A stretch of 43,301 nt of DNA from assembly GCA_018400675.1 (NCBI GenBank), contig JAGYMG010000001.1:1-43301 (forward strand). The letters are read 5' to 3'. Of the stretch, positions 1 through 7,601 are shown piece by piece (positions within the stretch are counted from its first letter, which is position 1; each line of letters begins with the position of its first letter). Both the position numbers and the translations under genes were made by a program. This DNA comes from a bacterium (GTDB lineage Bacteria > Patescibacteriota > Minisyncoccia > Minisyncoccales > CG1-02-41-26). Under the pieces are notes generated by a model. The model saw nothing but the letters and a program-made list of their open reading frames with translations. It made no database searches and was not told the DNA's origin.

Positions 1-39
1 GGAGTAAGTTTAGTTTCAAGGAATATTATGATGTTTATT

Positions 40-963
40 TTAAATATTTAATAATAAATTTTCTAAAGCCAACCTTTGATTAACATTTGTTTTTGATATC
101 AAATATTTTATTCTTTCCCCTAAGGAAAGGATGTTACTTAATTCTTTTAAAGAATAGATATTATTTTTTTCTAATCCCTGTCTGAGCTTTCCCCTATAAC
201 CAGCCATAGCTCCGGTTTTAAAGATAAATAAGAGCCGAAAATAATTAAGAAAAATATTCAGGAATTGAAGAGATTCTTTATTTTTATTCTCTTTCTTGGA
301 AAAACGCTCTAGGTAACTAAAACGTTCTGGGAGGCTAAGCTGAATAATCTTTTCAACCTCTTCAAACATATGCCACCAATTCTCAAAACTATCTTTTTCC
401 TCCATTAACTTAACCGCTACACCCGGCCTACCCTGAGCAGCAAAAACCAATTTATCAAGATCAATATCTTCTCCTCCTTTTCTTTCTTTAATAAAGGTTC
501 TCATTTCTTCTCCGGATAAGGGGAAAAATTGAACTAACTGGGTACGGGATTTAATTGTCTTCAGTAAGCCTTCAGGATAAGAACTAATCAAGAAAATAAC
601 TGTTTTTCCTTTCGGTTCTTCCAGGGTTTTTAAGAGACGATTCTGGGCTACGGATGTCATTCTCTCAGCACCATTAATGACAACTGCTTTGAAAGGAGCT
701 GAAAAGGGTTGTAGGCCTAAAACCTTTTGCATCTCTTTAATTTGGTCTTTAATAATACTCTCCTCTGGTTCTATCCATAATAAGTCATGATTATCCTCAA
801 CCGGTCTCTCTTTTTCAAAACCATTAATAAGGTTAATGAACTCAAGAGCTAACGTAGCCTTACCTAATGATTCCGGGCCAGAAAACAAATAAGCATGGGA
901 GATGCTTGAATTCCTGAATGATTGTTCCAGAAATTCCTTTTGGATTGTATGTCCAAAAACCAT
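40..963 (-). CDS. holB: DNA polymerase III subunit delta' (clamp loader)
   Basis: SHAYLFSGPESLGKAT, AERMTSVAQNRLLKTLEEP and TIKSR motifs; the usual C4 zinc module is absent. Confidence 0.88.
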   Translation of the reverse strand: MVFGHTIQKEFLEQSFRNSSISHAYLFSGPESLGKATLALEFINLINGFEKERPVEDNHDLLWIEPEESIIKDQIKEMQKVLGLQPFSAPFKAVVINGAERMTSVAQNRLLKTLEEPKGKTVIFLISSYPEGLLKTIKSRTQLVQFFPLSGEEMRTFIKERKGGEDIDLDKLVFAAQGRPGVAVKLMEEKDSFENWWHMFEEVEKIIQLSLPERFSYLERFSKKENKNKESLQFLNIFLNYFRLLFIFKTGAMAGYRGKLRQGLEKNNIYSLKELSNILSLGERIKYLISKTNVNQRLALENLLLNI

Positions 964-966
964 AAC

Positions 967-1974
967 TTATTTTTTATTCATCAAACTCCGCTTATAGGTT
1001 TCCAAGTTTTCAACAACAATACCCGTTCCTTTCACTACACAGTACAATGGCTGGTCGGCTCGAAAACAAGGGACCCCGGTTGACTTAGCAATAACCTCAT
1101 CAATATTCCTTAATAACGATCCTCCACCAGCAGCAATCATACCCTTATTCATAATATCAGCCGAGAGCTCGGGCGGTGTATTCCTCAAAACATCCTTAAC
1201 TGCGCCGATAATATCCTTGATTACATCCTGGAGGGCTTCGGCTGTCTCGTTAGAAAAAATCTTAATATTCCTTGGCAAACCAGAAACAAGATCACGGCCT
1301 CTTATCTCTAAACTGTCTTCTTTCTTCTTTTGAACAGCTGTCCCAATTTTTATTTTTATCTCTTCTGCTGTCTGAGTACCAATAGCTAAATTATACTTAT
1401 TCTTAATGTATTCAGCTAGGGCCTCGTCCATCCTATCACCACCTACTCTAACCGAACTGACTGTGACTATCCCCCCTAAGGAGATTACAGCTATCTCAGA
1501 AGTCCCACCGCCAATATCTATAATCATATTACCCTCACAGGAATTGATAGGAATACCAGCGCCAATAGCTGAAAGGATTGGCTCTTTAGCTACAAAAGCT
1601 GATTTTGCTCCTGCGCTTAAGGCGGCCTCTATGACAGCTCGCCTCTCTGTAGAACTGCTGCCTGCCGGTACTGAAATAACAAGCTCTGGTTTAAAAAGAT
1701 TAAAACCTCCTTGAGCCTGCTGGATAAAATGCTTTATCATGGCCTGGGTAACCCGATAGTCTGAAATAACCCCGTCTTTTAAGGGACGATAAATCCTAAT
1801 AAAATCAGGCGTTCGGCCAATCATCGTTTTTGCTTTTAAGCCCACAGCTAAAATCTTATTCTCTTCCGGATCAATAGCTACTACCGAAGGCTCTTCTAAG
1901 ACTATCCCCTTCTTAGGGACAAAAACCAGGGAGTTACAGGTGCCTAAATCAATTGCTATTTTTTTAACAAACAT
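967..1974 (-). CDS. mreB: Rod shape-determining protein MreB/Mbl
   Basis: IAIDLGT, RPLKDGVI, IIDIGGGTSE, TPPELSADI, GGGSLL; start moved to ATG at 1974 (MFVKKIAID) because the TTG at 1992 overlaps murA. Confidence 0.95.
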   Translation of the reverse strand: MFVKKIAIDLGTCNSLVFVPKKGIVLEEPSVVAIDPEENKILAVGLKAKTMIGRTPDFIRIYRPLKDGVISDYRVTQAMIKHFIQQAQGGFNLFKPELVISVPAGSSSTERRAVIEAALSAGAKSAFVAKEPILSAIGAGIPINSCEGNMIIDIGGGTSEIAVISLGGIVTVSSVRVGGDRMDEALAEYIKNKYNLAIGTQTAEEIKIKIGTAVQKKKEDSLEIRGRDLVSGLPRNIKIFSNETAEALQDVIKDIIGAVKDVLRNTPPELSADIMNKGMIAAGGGSLLRNIDEVIAKSTGVPCFRADQPLYCVVKGTGIVVENLETYKRSLMNKK

Positions 1975-1981
1975 ATTTTTA

Positions 1982-3250
1982 TTAATTATCAACTGTTATT
2001 CTTTTAATATTAGCTCCCAGAGTCTGAAGGCGTTCTTCTATCTTTTCATAGCCTCTATCTATTTGACTGATATTACCAATTGTAGTCTTCCCCTCGGCTA
2101 TTAGTCCAGCCACGATCAGGCTAGCTCCGGCTCTGATATCCCAGGATTCAATCTTTACTCCTTTCAAAGGTGTCTGGCCAAAAACAAAAGCCCGGTGAGG
2201 ATCAACAATCTCAATATCAGCTCCCATCTTCCGTAACTCATGAATATAATTTAACCTGTTCTCATATAAAGGATCATGGACTAAACTCTTGCCCTGGGCT
2301 TGGGTCAAGAGAGGCACTATCAAAGGTAGAAGATCCGTCGGAAAACCAGGGTAGGGCAAAGACTGCACCTTGGAAGCTTTTAAGTTTGGAGAATAATCTA
2401 CTTGGAGCGAGCCATTTTGCTTCTCAAAGATTACGCCTATTTCTTTTAATTTTTCCAGAAAGAGATCTAATTCGTCTGATCTTACATTTTTAATCAAAAC
2501 ACGACCTGGTGTCAGAGCTGCTATAACAATAAAAGTGCCCGCCTCTATCCTGTCGGGAATAACATCTAAGGAACAGCCTCCTAATTTATCTACTCCTTCT
2601 ATCTCTAAAGTATGACTATCAAGAACTTTTATTGAAGCACCCATTTGCTTTAACATCTCAACCAGATTCTGGACCGAGGGATCTCCAGCTGCTCCTTTGA
2701 TGGTTGTTTTGCCTTGAGCTAAAACAGCGGCAATAATTATATTCTCTGTGGCTGTGGGGCTAAATTCCTGAAGAATAACCTCCCTACCCTTTAATTGGTC
2801 TCTCTTTAAATAATAAAAATCTCCTTCTTCTTTGATCTCAACCCCTAATGTTTCTAAGGCCTTAAGGTGAGTAGTGATAGGTCTTAACCCTATTCTATCT
2901 CCGCCCGGTCGGGAAAATTTAAATTCTTTAAACCGGGTAATTAATCCCCCTATTAAAAGTACCGAAACACGGGTTTTAGAAATTTTATCAAAATCTACTC
3001 TTTCCTGGCTAATATCCCGACAGCTTACTTTCACCTTTCGTTCATCCAGCCACTCTATATCGGCCCCCATCTCCTTCAGTATCTCTAAGAGATTAAATAT
3101 ATCAGCCACTAAGGGCAAGTTGCTGATAATACACTCTTCTTGAGTAAGCAGGGTCGCAGCTAATAAAGGACCGGCAGCATTCTTTGCTCCTCTAATAGCA
3201 ATTTCTCCTTCTATTTTGTTTTTCCCTGCTATAATAAATTTTTCTTCCAT
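1982..3250 (-). CDS. murA: UDP-N-acetylglucosamine 1-carboxyvinyltransferase
   Basis: GAKNA, PGGDRIGLRP, PDRIEAGT, PYPGFPTD, DIRAGA, IDRGYE. Confidence 0.96.
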   Translation of the reverse strand: MEEKFIIAGKNKIEGEIAIRGAKNAAGPLLAATLLTQEECIISNLPLVADIFNLLEILKEMGADIEWLDERKVKVSCRDISQERVDFDKISKTRVSVLLIGGLITRFKEFKFSRPGGDRIGLRPITTHLKALETLGVEIKEEGDFYYLKRDQLKGREVILQEFSPTATENIIIAAVLAQGKTTIKGAAGDPSVQNLVEMLKQMGASIKVLDSHTLEIEGVDKLGGCSLDVIPDRIEAGTFIVIAALTPGRVLIKNVRSDELDLFLEKLKEIGVIFEKQNGSLQVDYSPNLKASKVQSLPYPGFPTDLLPLIVPLLTQAQGKSLVHDPLYENRLNYIHELRKMGADIEIVDPHRAFVFGQTPLKGVKIESWDIRAGASLIVAGLIAEGKTTIGNISQIDRGYEKIEERLQTLGANIKRITVDN

Positions 3251-3280
3251 TGTCTTGTGCTCCCTTATCTTTTCTTCCTT

Positions 3281-3309
3281 ATTCTATCCTAAAAAATCCC
3301 CTTTATCAA
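3281..3309 (-). promoter_or_regulatory. sigma70-type promoter for murA-mreB-holB
   Basis: TTGATA (3304-3309), 17 bp spacer, TAGAAT (3281-3286); GGGAG SD-like site before the murA ATG. Confidence 0.6.
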
Positions 3310-3339
3310 GATCTCTTCTTTGACCTTATTTCTCTAAAT

Positions 3340-3366
3340 AAAAAAAAGAGGCCTCCCTCATTTTTT
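3340..3366 (-). terminator. Possible intrinsic terminator after the ispD-like gene
   Basis: GAGG-gagg-CCTC hairpin followed by a run of T on the minus strand; short stem. Confidence 0.4.
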
Positions 3367-3396
3367 GTCTTAACGCGGCTAAAGATTAACTGCTTT

Positions 3397-4101
3397 TTAT
3401 TTTCTGTCTGCCATAATCCCTTCCCCTATTGCAATATCAATGGGATAGGTTATTTTTATATTTTCTCTTTCTCCTTTAACTACATAAATATCAGCCAATC
3501 CGTATTTTAGGACCAGACCGCAATCATCGCTGATATTTTTAATACCTTTCTTGAGAGCCATATCATGAGCTTTTTTTATAACCGGAAAATGAAAGCCCTG
3601 GGGTGTCTGTTCTCTTAAAAGAGCAGCTCTTGCTGGTATATCCTTAATAATCATTCCTTTGTTAACCCTGACTAGGGTATCACTACTAGGAAAAGCAACG
3701 GTTACTGCAGAAAAGCCCTTTAATGTCTTTAAGACCTCAGAGATTATCCTGTGAGAGACAAATGGCCGCACCCCATCATGGAAAAGAATATTGTCAGACT
3801 TGCTGGCCAAGGATGCCGCTAAACCAATCCGGGCAGAAGCCTGCCTGGTCTCTCCTCCTGCTATTATTTTTGACACCTTCCTTAGTCCTTCCCCTGACAC
3901 TAAGTCCTTGAGTCTCTTAACCAATCCTTTTCTCACGACTACTATTATTTCATCTATAGCCCTATGTTTTTCAAACTTTTTCAGGGTATAACTAATTACC
4001 TCTTTACCAGCTATCTTGGCAAATATTTTTGGAGTTTTTTTGCCAAAACGAATGCCATCGCCAGCTCCTAAAACTATAACAATGTTCTTCTTTTTTCTCA
4101 T
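3397..4101 (-). CDS. ispD: IspD/TarI-family cytidylyltransferase
   Basis: LGAGDGIRFG..PK, GGETRQAS, HDGVRPF, QTPQGF, NIKITYPIDI; IspD versus TarI cannot be resolved. Confidence 0.8.
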   Translation of the reverse strand: MRKKKNIVIVLGAGDGIRFGKKTPKIFAKIAGKEVISYTLKKFEKHRAIDEIIVVVRKGLVKRLKDLVSGEGLRKVSKIIAGGETRQASARIGLAASLASKSDNILFHDGVRPFVSHRIISEVLKTLKGFSAVTVAFPSSDTLVRVNKGMIIKDIPARAALLREQTPQGFHFPVIKKAHDMALKKGIKNISDDCGLVLKYGLADIYVVKGERENIKITYPIDIAIGEGIMADRK

Positions 4102-4297
4102 TTAAAAATAAAGGTATTAAAATTTAACGCGGCTCTATGCCCATTTCCCGGGCAACATCTTTGTCTAAATCAGCTGTAATAATTTTCCGCCAAAAAACCG
4201 ACCAAACACCCTTAAAGGATAGATACAAAGTTCTCTTATTTCGTCTTGCACAATAACATTTTTGCTATAACAAAATATTATGCCTCTAACCTTTGAT

Positions 4298-5185
4298 TCA
4301 ATTTCTAAATCGTGTGCGATGAATCTTTTCAATTTTAGATTGTTGATGCCTTAATTTTTTTTCTGAACCGTAAACTAATTCTTTTTTATATTGTTCAACC
4401 CCTACAAGAAAATAGTTAAACAGATTAAGCCATTGTCCAAAATCTAAATCTCTGGGGGTCGCTAGTTTTCCAAAATTTAAATCTTTTGACAATCTATTAA
4501 ATTGTTTGTAGCTAAAAATTTTATTGAATGATTTTTTTAAATTTGGCTTTCGCTGGTGAAATCCATAAACAATGAAATCCTTATAGAGCTGAGATCTTTT
4601 TTTCTCAAGCAATATTTTATCTCTCTTTTTTATTCTTAGCAAAACAATATCAACTTTAGGAACAGGATAAAAATCAGTTCTCCTAAAATGATAAACTATT
4701 TCTAAATTAAACCAAGGTTTTAGAAGTACCGAATATTGACTCTCTTTGTCATAAGGCCGACCTACAAATTTTTTTGCCGCTTCTTTCTGAATAATTAGGT
4801 AACTTACCTTTGGTGAATTACTCAATGAAGTCAGCTTATTAATGACTTGTGCGGTAATTGAAAAAGGAATATTTGAAAAAATTTTATATTCCCCTTCTAG
4901 AGGTAACTTTTCTTCCAAGAAGTCTCCAAGCTTAATAACAACATTTTGATAATTAGAGAACGAATCTTTCAGTTTAGAATACAAAACTTTATCCTTCTCA
5001 ATCGCTGTTAGCCTCACTCCTGCATTTGCTAAGGCACATGTCAAAATACCCTTCCCAGGACCAATTTCATAGACAAGATCTCCTTTCTTAAAAGAGGCTT
5101 TTTTAATAAGCTTATCGGCCAGATTAGAGCTCTTCAGAAAATTCTGCGAATATTTTAGAGGAACATTATCTTTTTTAATTCTCAT
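4298..5185 (-). CDS. erm: Erm-like 23S rRNA adenine-N6 methyltransferase (Erm/KsgA family), putative self-resistance gene
   Basis: KYSQNFL, YEIGPGKGILT, AIEKD, YKIFSNIPF, FYPVPKVD and an Erm-like C-terminus (IFSYKQF...FGQWLNLFNYF); ATGA overlap with the upstream dehydrogenase. Confidence 0.8.
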   Translation of the reverse strand: MRIKKDNVPLKYSQNFLKSSNLADKLIKKASFKKGDLVYEIGPGKGILTCALANAGVRLTAIEKDKVLYSKLKDSFSNYQNVVIKLGDFLEEKLPLEGEYKIFSNIPFSITAQVINKLTSLSNSPKVSYLIIQKEAAKKFVGRPYDKESQYSVLLKPWFNLEIVYHFRRTDFYPVPKVDIVLLRIKKRDKILLEKKRSQLYKDFIVYGFHQRKPNLKKSFNKIFSYKQFNRLSKDLNFGKLATPRDLDFGQWLNLFNYFLVGVEQYKKELVYGSEKKLRHQQSKIEKIHRTRFRN

Positions 5186-5964
5186 TTTCCTAAAGCAATT
5201 AGGTAAAGTGGTGTTTCAGTTTTGTAATTCAGATCTAGCAAATCAACTATTTTTTTATCTAGAAAACCACCTATAGCACAAGATTTTATTTCAAGGGAAG
5301 TGCTAACTAAATGAATATTTTGACTTAAATGACCTGCTTCAAAAAGTATATATCGCCATCCCCTTTCCTTATATTTAATAATTGTTCTTGCGGAAACAGC
5401 AGTAATAATTATAACTAAACTACATTTTCTTATCCAGTTATGGTTAATAGTTTCTCTAAGGTTTTTTTTAAAATCACCTTTTGATAAAATCTCTAAACTG
5501 TTCCATTTTATATTATAATGATAAATCCCTGGTGATATTCCTTTTGCTTTTAACACAATAGGATAAACTTCAAGAGGGTATCTTGCACCAGCTGAGGGGT
5601 ACATTCGTCGGGATTCACTAAAGTCTTTTTTAATTTTATGAACGTCTTTTATCCCGGCAGAAAAATATAAAATTTTACTGATATTCTCTAATGTTAAAGC
5701 TTCCCCTTTAAAATCTCTTTCCGATTTCCTCTTCTCTAATAACGAAAATATAGGATTCTTTTCATTCCTGATCTTTCCAAAAAAGATTTGTTCTAAACGA
5801 GAGTATATTTTAAAATAAATTTTTAGCCAAGTTTTAGGGATTTTATTTTGAGACAGCTCTTTGGTAAATTCTTTTTGTATAGTATGTCTCAAAAAAATAA
5901 AACCTTTATCCTCGGAATTTTCTGACAATAAATCTTTATATAACTTTTTTGCATTACGAGTCAT
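5182..5964 (-). CDS. SagB/McbC-type FMN-dependent azoline dehydrogenase (nitroreductase fold)
   Basis: RKSERDF, RRMYPSAGARYPLEVY, GIYHY, KYKERGWRYILFEAGHLSQN, CAIGGFLD. Confidence 0.92.
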   Translation of the reverse strand: MTRNAKKLYKDLLSENSEDKGFIFLRHTIQKEFTKELSQNKIPKTWLKIYFKIYSRLEQIFFGKIRNEKNPIFSLLEKRKSERDFKGEALTLENISKILYFSAGIKDVHKIKKDFSESRRMYPSAGARYPLEVYPIVLKAKGISPGIYHYNIKWNSLEILSKGDFKKNLRETINHNWIRKCSLVIIITAVSARTIIKYKERGWRYILFEAGHLSQNIHLVSTSLEIKSCAIGGFLDKKIVDLLDLNYKTETPLYLIALGK

Positions 5965-7250
5965 AAAAAAGGGTGAGGGAATGTATAAATATCTTTTATT
6001 GGTTTAAGCCCTATTCTTTGAGGAACCCTCCATAGTCTTTCTCCTTCCCAACATGGAAATCTGTCGTCTAAATAAAGTGGCTGAAGGCAAGGGACCAAAA
6101 CCTTTACTACCCTAAGGCCTTCTCTCTTTAAGCTTGGCAATGTTATATCAACATATATTACTTCCATCTTTTCTCTCTTAAACCATTTTAAAAGATTTTT
6201 TAAATTATTAGATTTCCGAGGAAAATCTCTTATTGGTTTTTTAGAACCTGCTAAAAAGAAGTCTATTTTTTTAATCATTTCAGGCGAAGACCACAGCAAA
6301 GCTCTGTTTTTTCTTTCATAGACAAGCCGATCTTTTTTAATCCGCTCTAAGTCTTTCTTTGACATTTTAATCATTAATTCTCTCACCCACGGACGAGGAT
6401 GGAAACATTCTTCTGTAGCTCCTATTATTGCATTCTTGATACTGGTGTCTGATTTAAGACCTACAGACACCGCAGGCCCCAAGCCAGTTCTATCTACTAC
6501 AATAGCCATGATAGAATAAACCGGAATATCTGTACTAATATCTAAGAGATAAAGTTCTAGGTTATATCTTTTAAGAGAGGATGCAATCTTCTTTAAGCTC
6601 TTATCCTTAGACTCAGTTATGCTGATAAGATTTCTGGTTAATTTGTTTAAATAGTTAACCATAAAAGCATCCCTTTCAATAACTTCTAAGAGTCCTGTTA
6701 AAATGGCTTTCTCTAAAGAATGATATAAAGCAGCACCAGTAGTAATAGGAAAATTAATAACTGACTCCTTTTTTTCAAATTTATAAGGTACAAAAACAAG
6801 CTGAGCCGGAACAAAAATCTTTTTACCTGTGATTAAAGAGGTTCCCCTAATCCAATTTAATTTTTCGTTATGGTCTTTATAACGATGAAAGTTTAGGACA
6901 GCTTCAGCTTTTGAAAAAGAAATAAATTGCCGGGGGTTAATTGCCTTATCTTTCAAGTTGCTATAACTTTCCCACAAAAGATCTTTTTTACGATAGACAG
7001 CTAAGTTGTATCTTTCCAACGTCTCAGCCACAGTTTTTAATAGCGCCCTCCTTTTAGAAAAAGACGCACATCTTCTGAATCTTTCCGTAACGAAGCCATC
7101 TGTTAAGTTGCTAATATCTTTTATCTTTATAATAAAAGAATGAACCCTAGGTTCATCGTTGTAATTAAATAATTCCCCTTCAATATTCTTAATAATTCTT
7201 TCCTTTTCCGCAACTTCTAATAATTTAATTATAGTTTTTCTAAGATTCAT
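5961..7250 (-). CDS. YcaO-family ATP-dependent cyclodehydratase
   Basis: AETLERY, VPAQLVF, TTGAA...LLEVIERDA, YVDIT, VVKVLVP.LQP and C-terminal PHPF (PxP). Confidence 0.93.
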   Translation of the reverse strand: MNLRKTIIKLLEVAEKERIIKNIEGELFNYNDEPRVHSFIIKIKDISNLTDGFVTERFRRCASFSKRRALLKTVAETLERYNLAVYRKKDLLWESYSNLKDKAINPRQFISFSKAEAVLNFHRYKDHNEKLNWIRGTSLITGKKIFVPAQLVFVPYKFEKKESVINFPITTGAALYHSLEKAILTGLLEVIERDAFMVNYLNKLTRNLISITESKDKSLKKIASSLKRYNLELYLLDISTDIPVYSIMAIVVDRTGLGPAVSVGLKSDTSIKNAIIGATEECFHPRPWVRELMIKMSKKDLERIKKDRLVYERKNRALLWSSPEMIKKIDFFLAGSKKPIRDFPRKSNNLKNLLKWFKREKMEVIYVDITLPSLKREGLRVVKVLVPCLQPLYLDDRFPCWEGERLWRVPQRIGLKPIKDIYTFPHPFL

Positions 7251-7315
7251 TTATTAAAAAACAAAAACTAACACTTTATGTTGTCTTAAAAAAAGTTCTA
7301 TAATTTATTTTTTAT

Positions 7316-7495
7316 CTATCTCCGAGGCAAGCTAAATCCGCCGCCGCCTCCTCCTCCGCAACCTGTACCACAATTTCCACCGCCCGCTGAAGTACAACTA
7401 TTAGAGGGTTTTATGTCACTACTTTTTGAAAGTCTAGAAAGATGCTGTTCTTGAATATCTTCTAAAAATATTTTTTTATTGTTTTTATTTTTCAT
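7316..7495 (-). CDS. RiPP precursor peptide, 59 aa, not in the ORF track: MKNKNNKKIFLEDIQEQHLSRLSKSSDIKPSNSCTSAGGGNCGTGCGGGGGGGFSLPRR
   Basis: Translated by hand from ATG 7495 to TAG 7316-7318; charged leader with FLEDI (FxxxB-like), Cys/Ser/Thr/Gly-rich C-terminal half; lies 65 bp upstream of ycaO and behind a consensus promoter. Confidence 0.88.
   Translation of the reverse strand: MKNKNNKKIFLEDIQEQHLSRLSKSSDIKPSNSCTSAGGGNCGTGCGGGGGGGFSLPRR
7337..7357 (-). repeat. (GGA)3(GGC)3GGA triplet run encoding Gly7 in the precursor
   Basis: Read directly from the sequence. Confidence 0.9.
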
Positions 7496-7538
7496 AAGTA
7501 TTAATCTTATTTTTTATAAATCAACCTTTATTGTTTTA

Positions 7539-7566
7539 ATGATAACACTGAGAATAGCATTGTCAA
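7539..7566 (-). promoter_or_regulatory. sigma70-type promoter of the RiPP operon
   Basis: TTGACA (7561-7566), 16 bp spacer, extended -10 TGtTATCAT (TATCAT at 7539-7544). Confidence 0.7.
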
Positions 7567-7601
7567 GAAATAATCTTTATTTTTAAGAATAGCGTTGGTA
7601 G

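Noticed and set aside
3360..4140. Integron cassette (attC) around the ispD-like gene, suggested by GTTAA cores in the repeats
   Set aside because: No RYYYAAC...GTTRRRY palindrome of suitable length and no integrase
4298..5185. Housekeeping KsgA/RsmA
   Set aside because: SQNFL start, Erm-like C-terminus and coupling to a RiPP operon favour Erm; not fully excluded without a tree
5961..7250. Thioamide-forming (TfuA-type) YcaO or a YcaO acting on ribosomal proteins
   Set aside because: No tfuA; the PxP C-terminus, adjacent azoline dehydrogenase and Cys/Ser-rich peptide fit heterocyclisation
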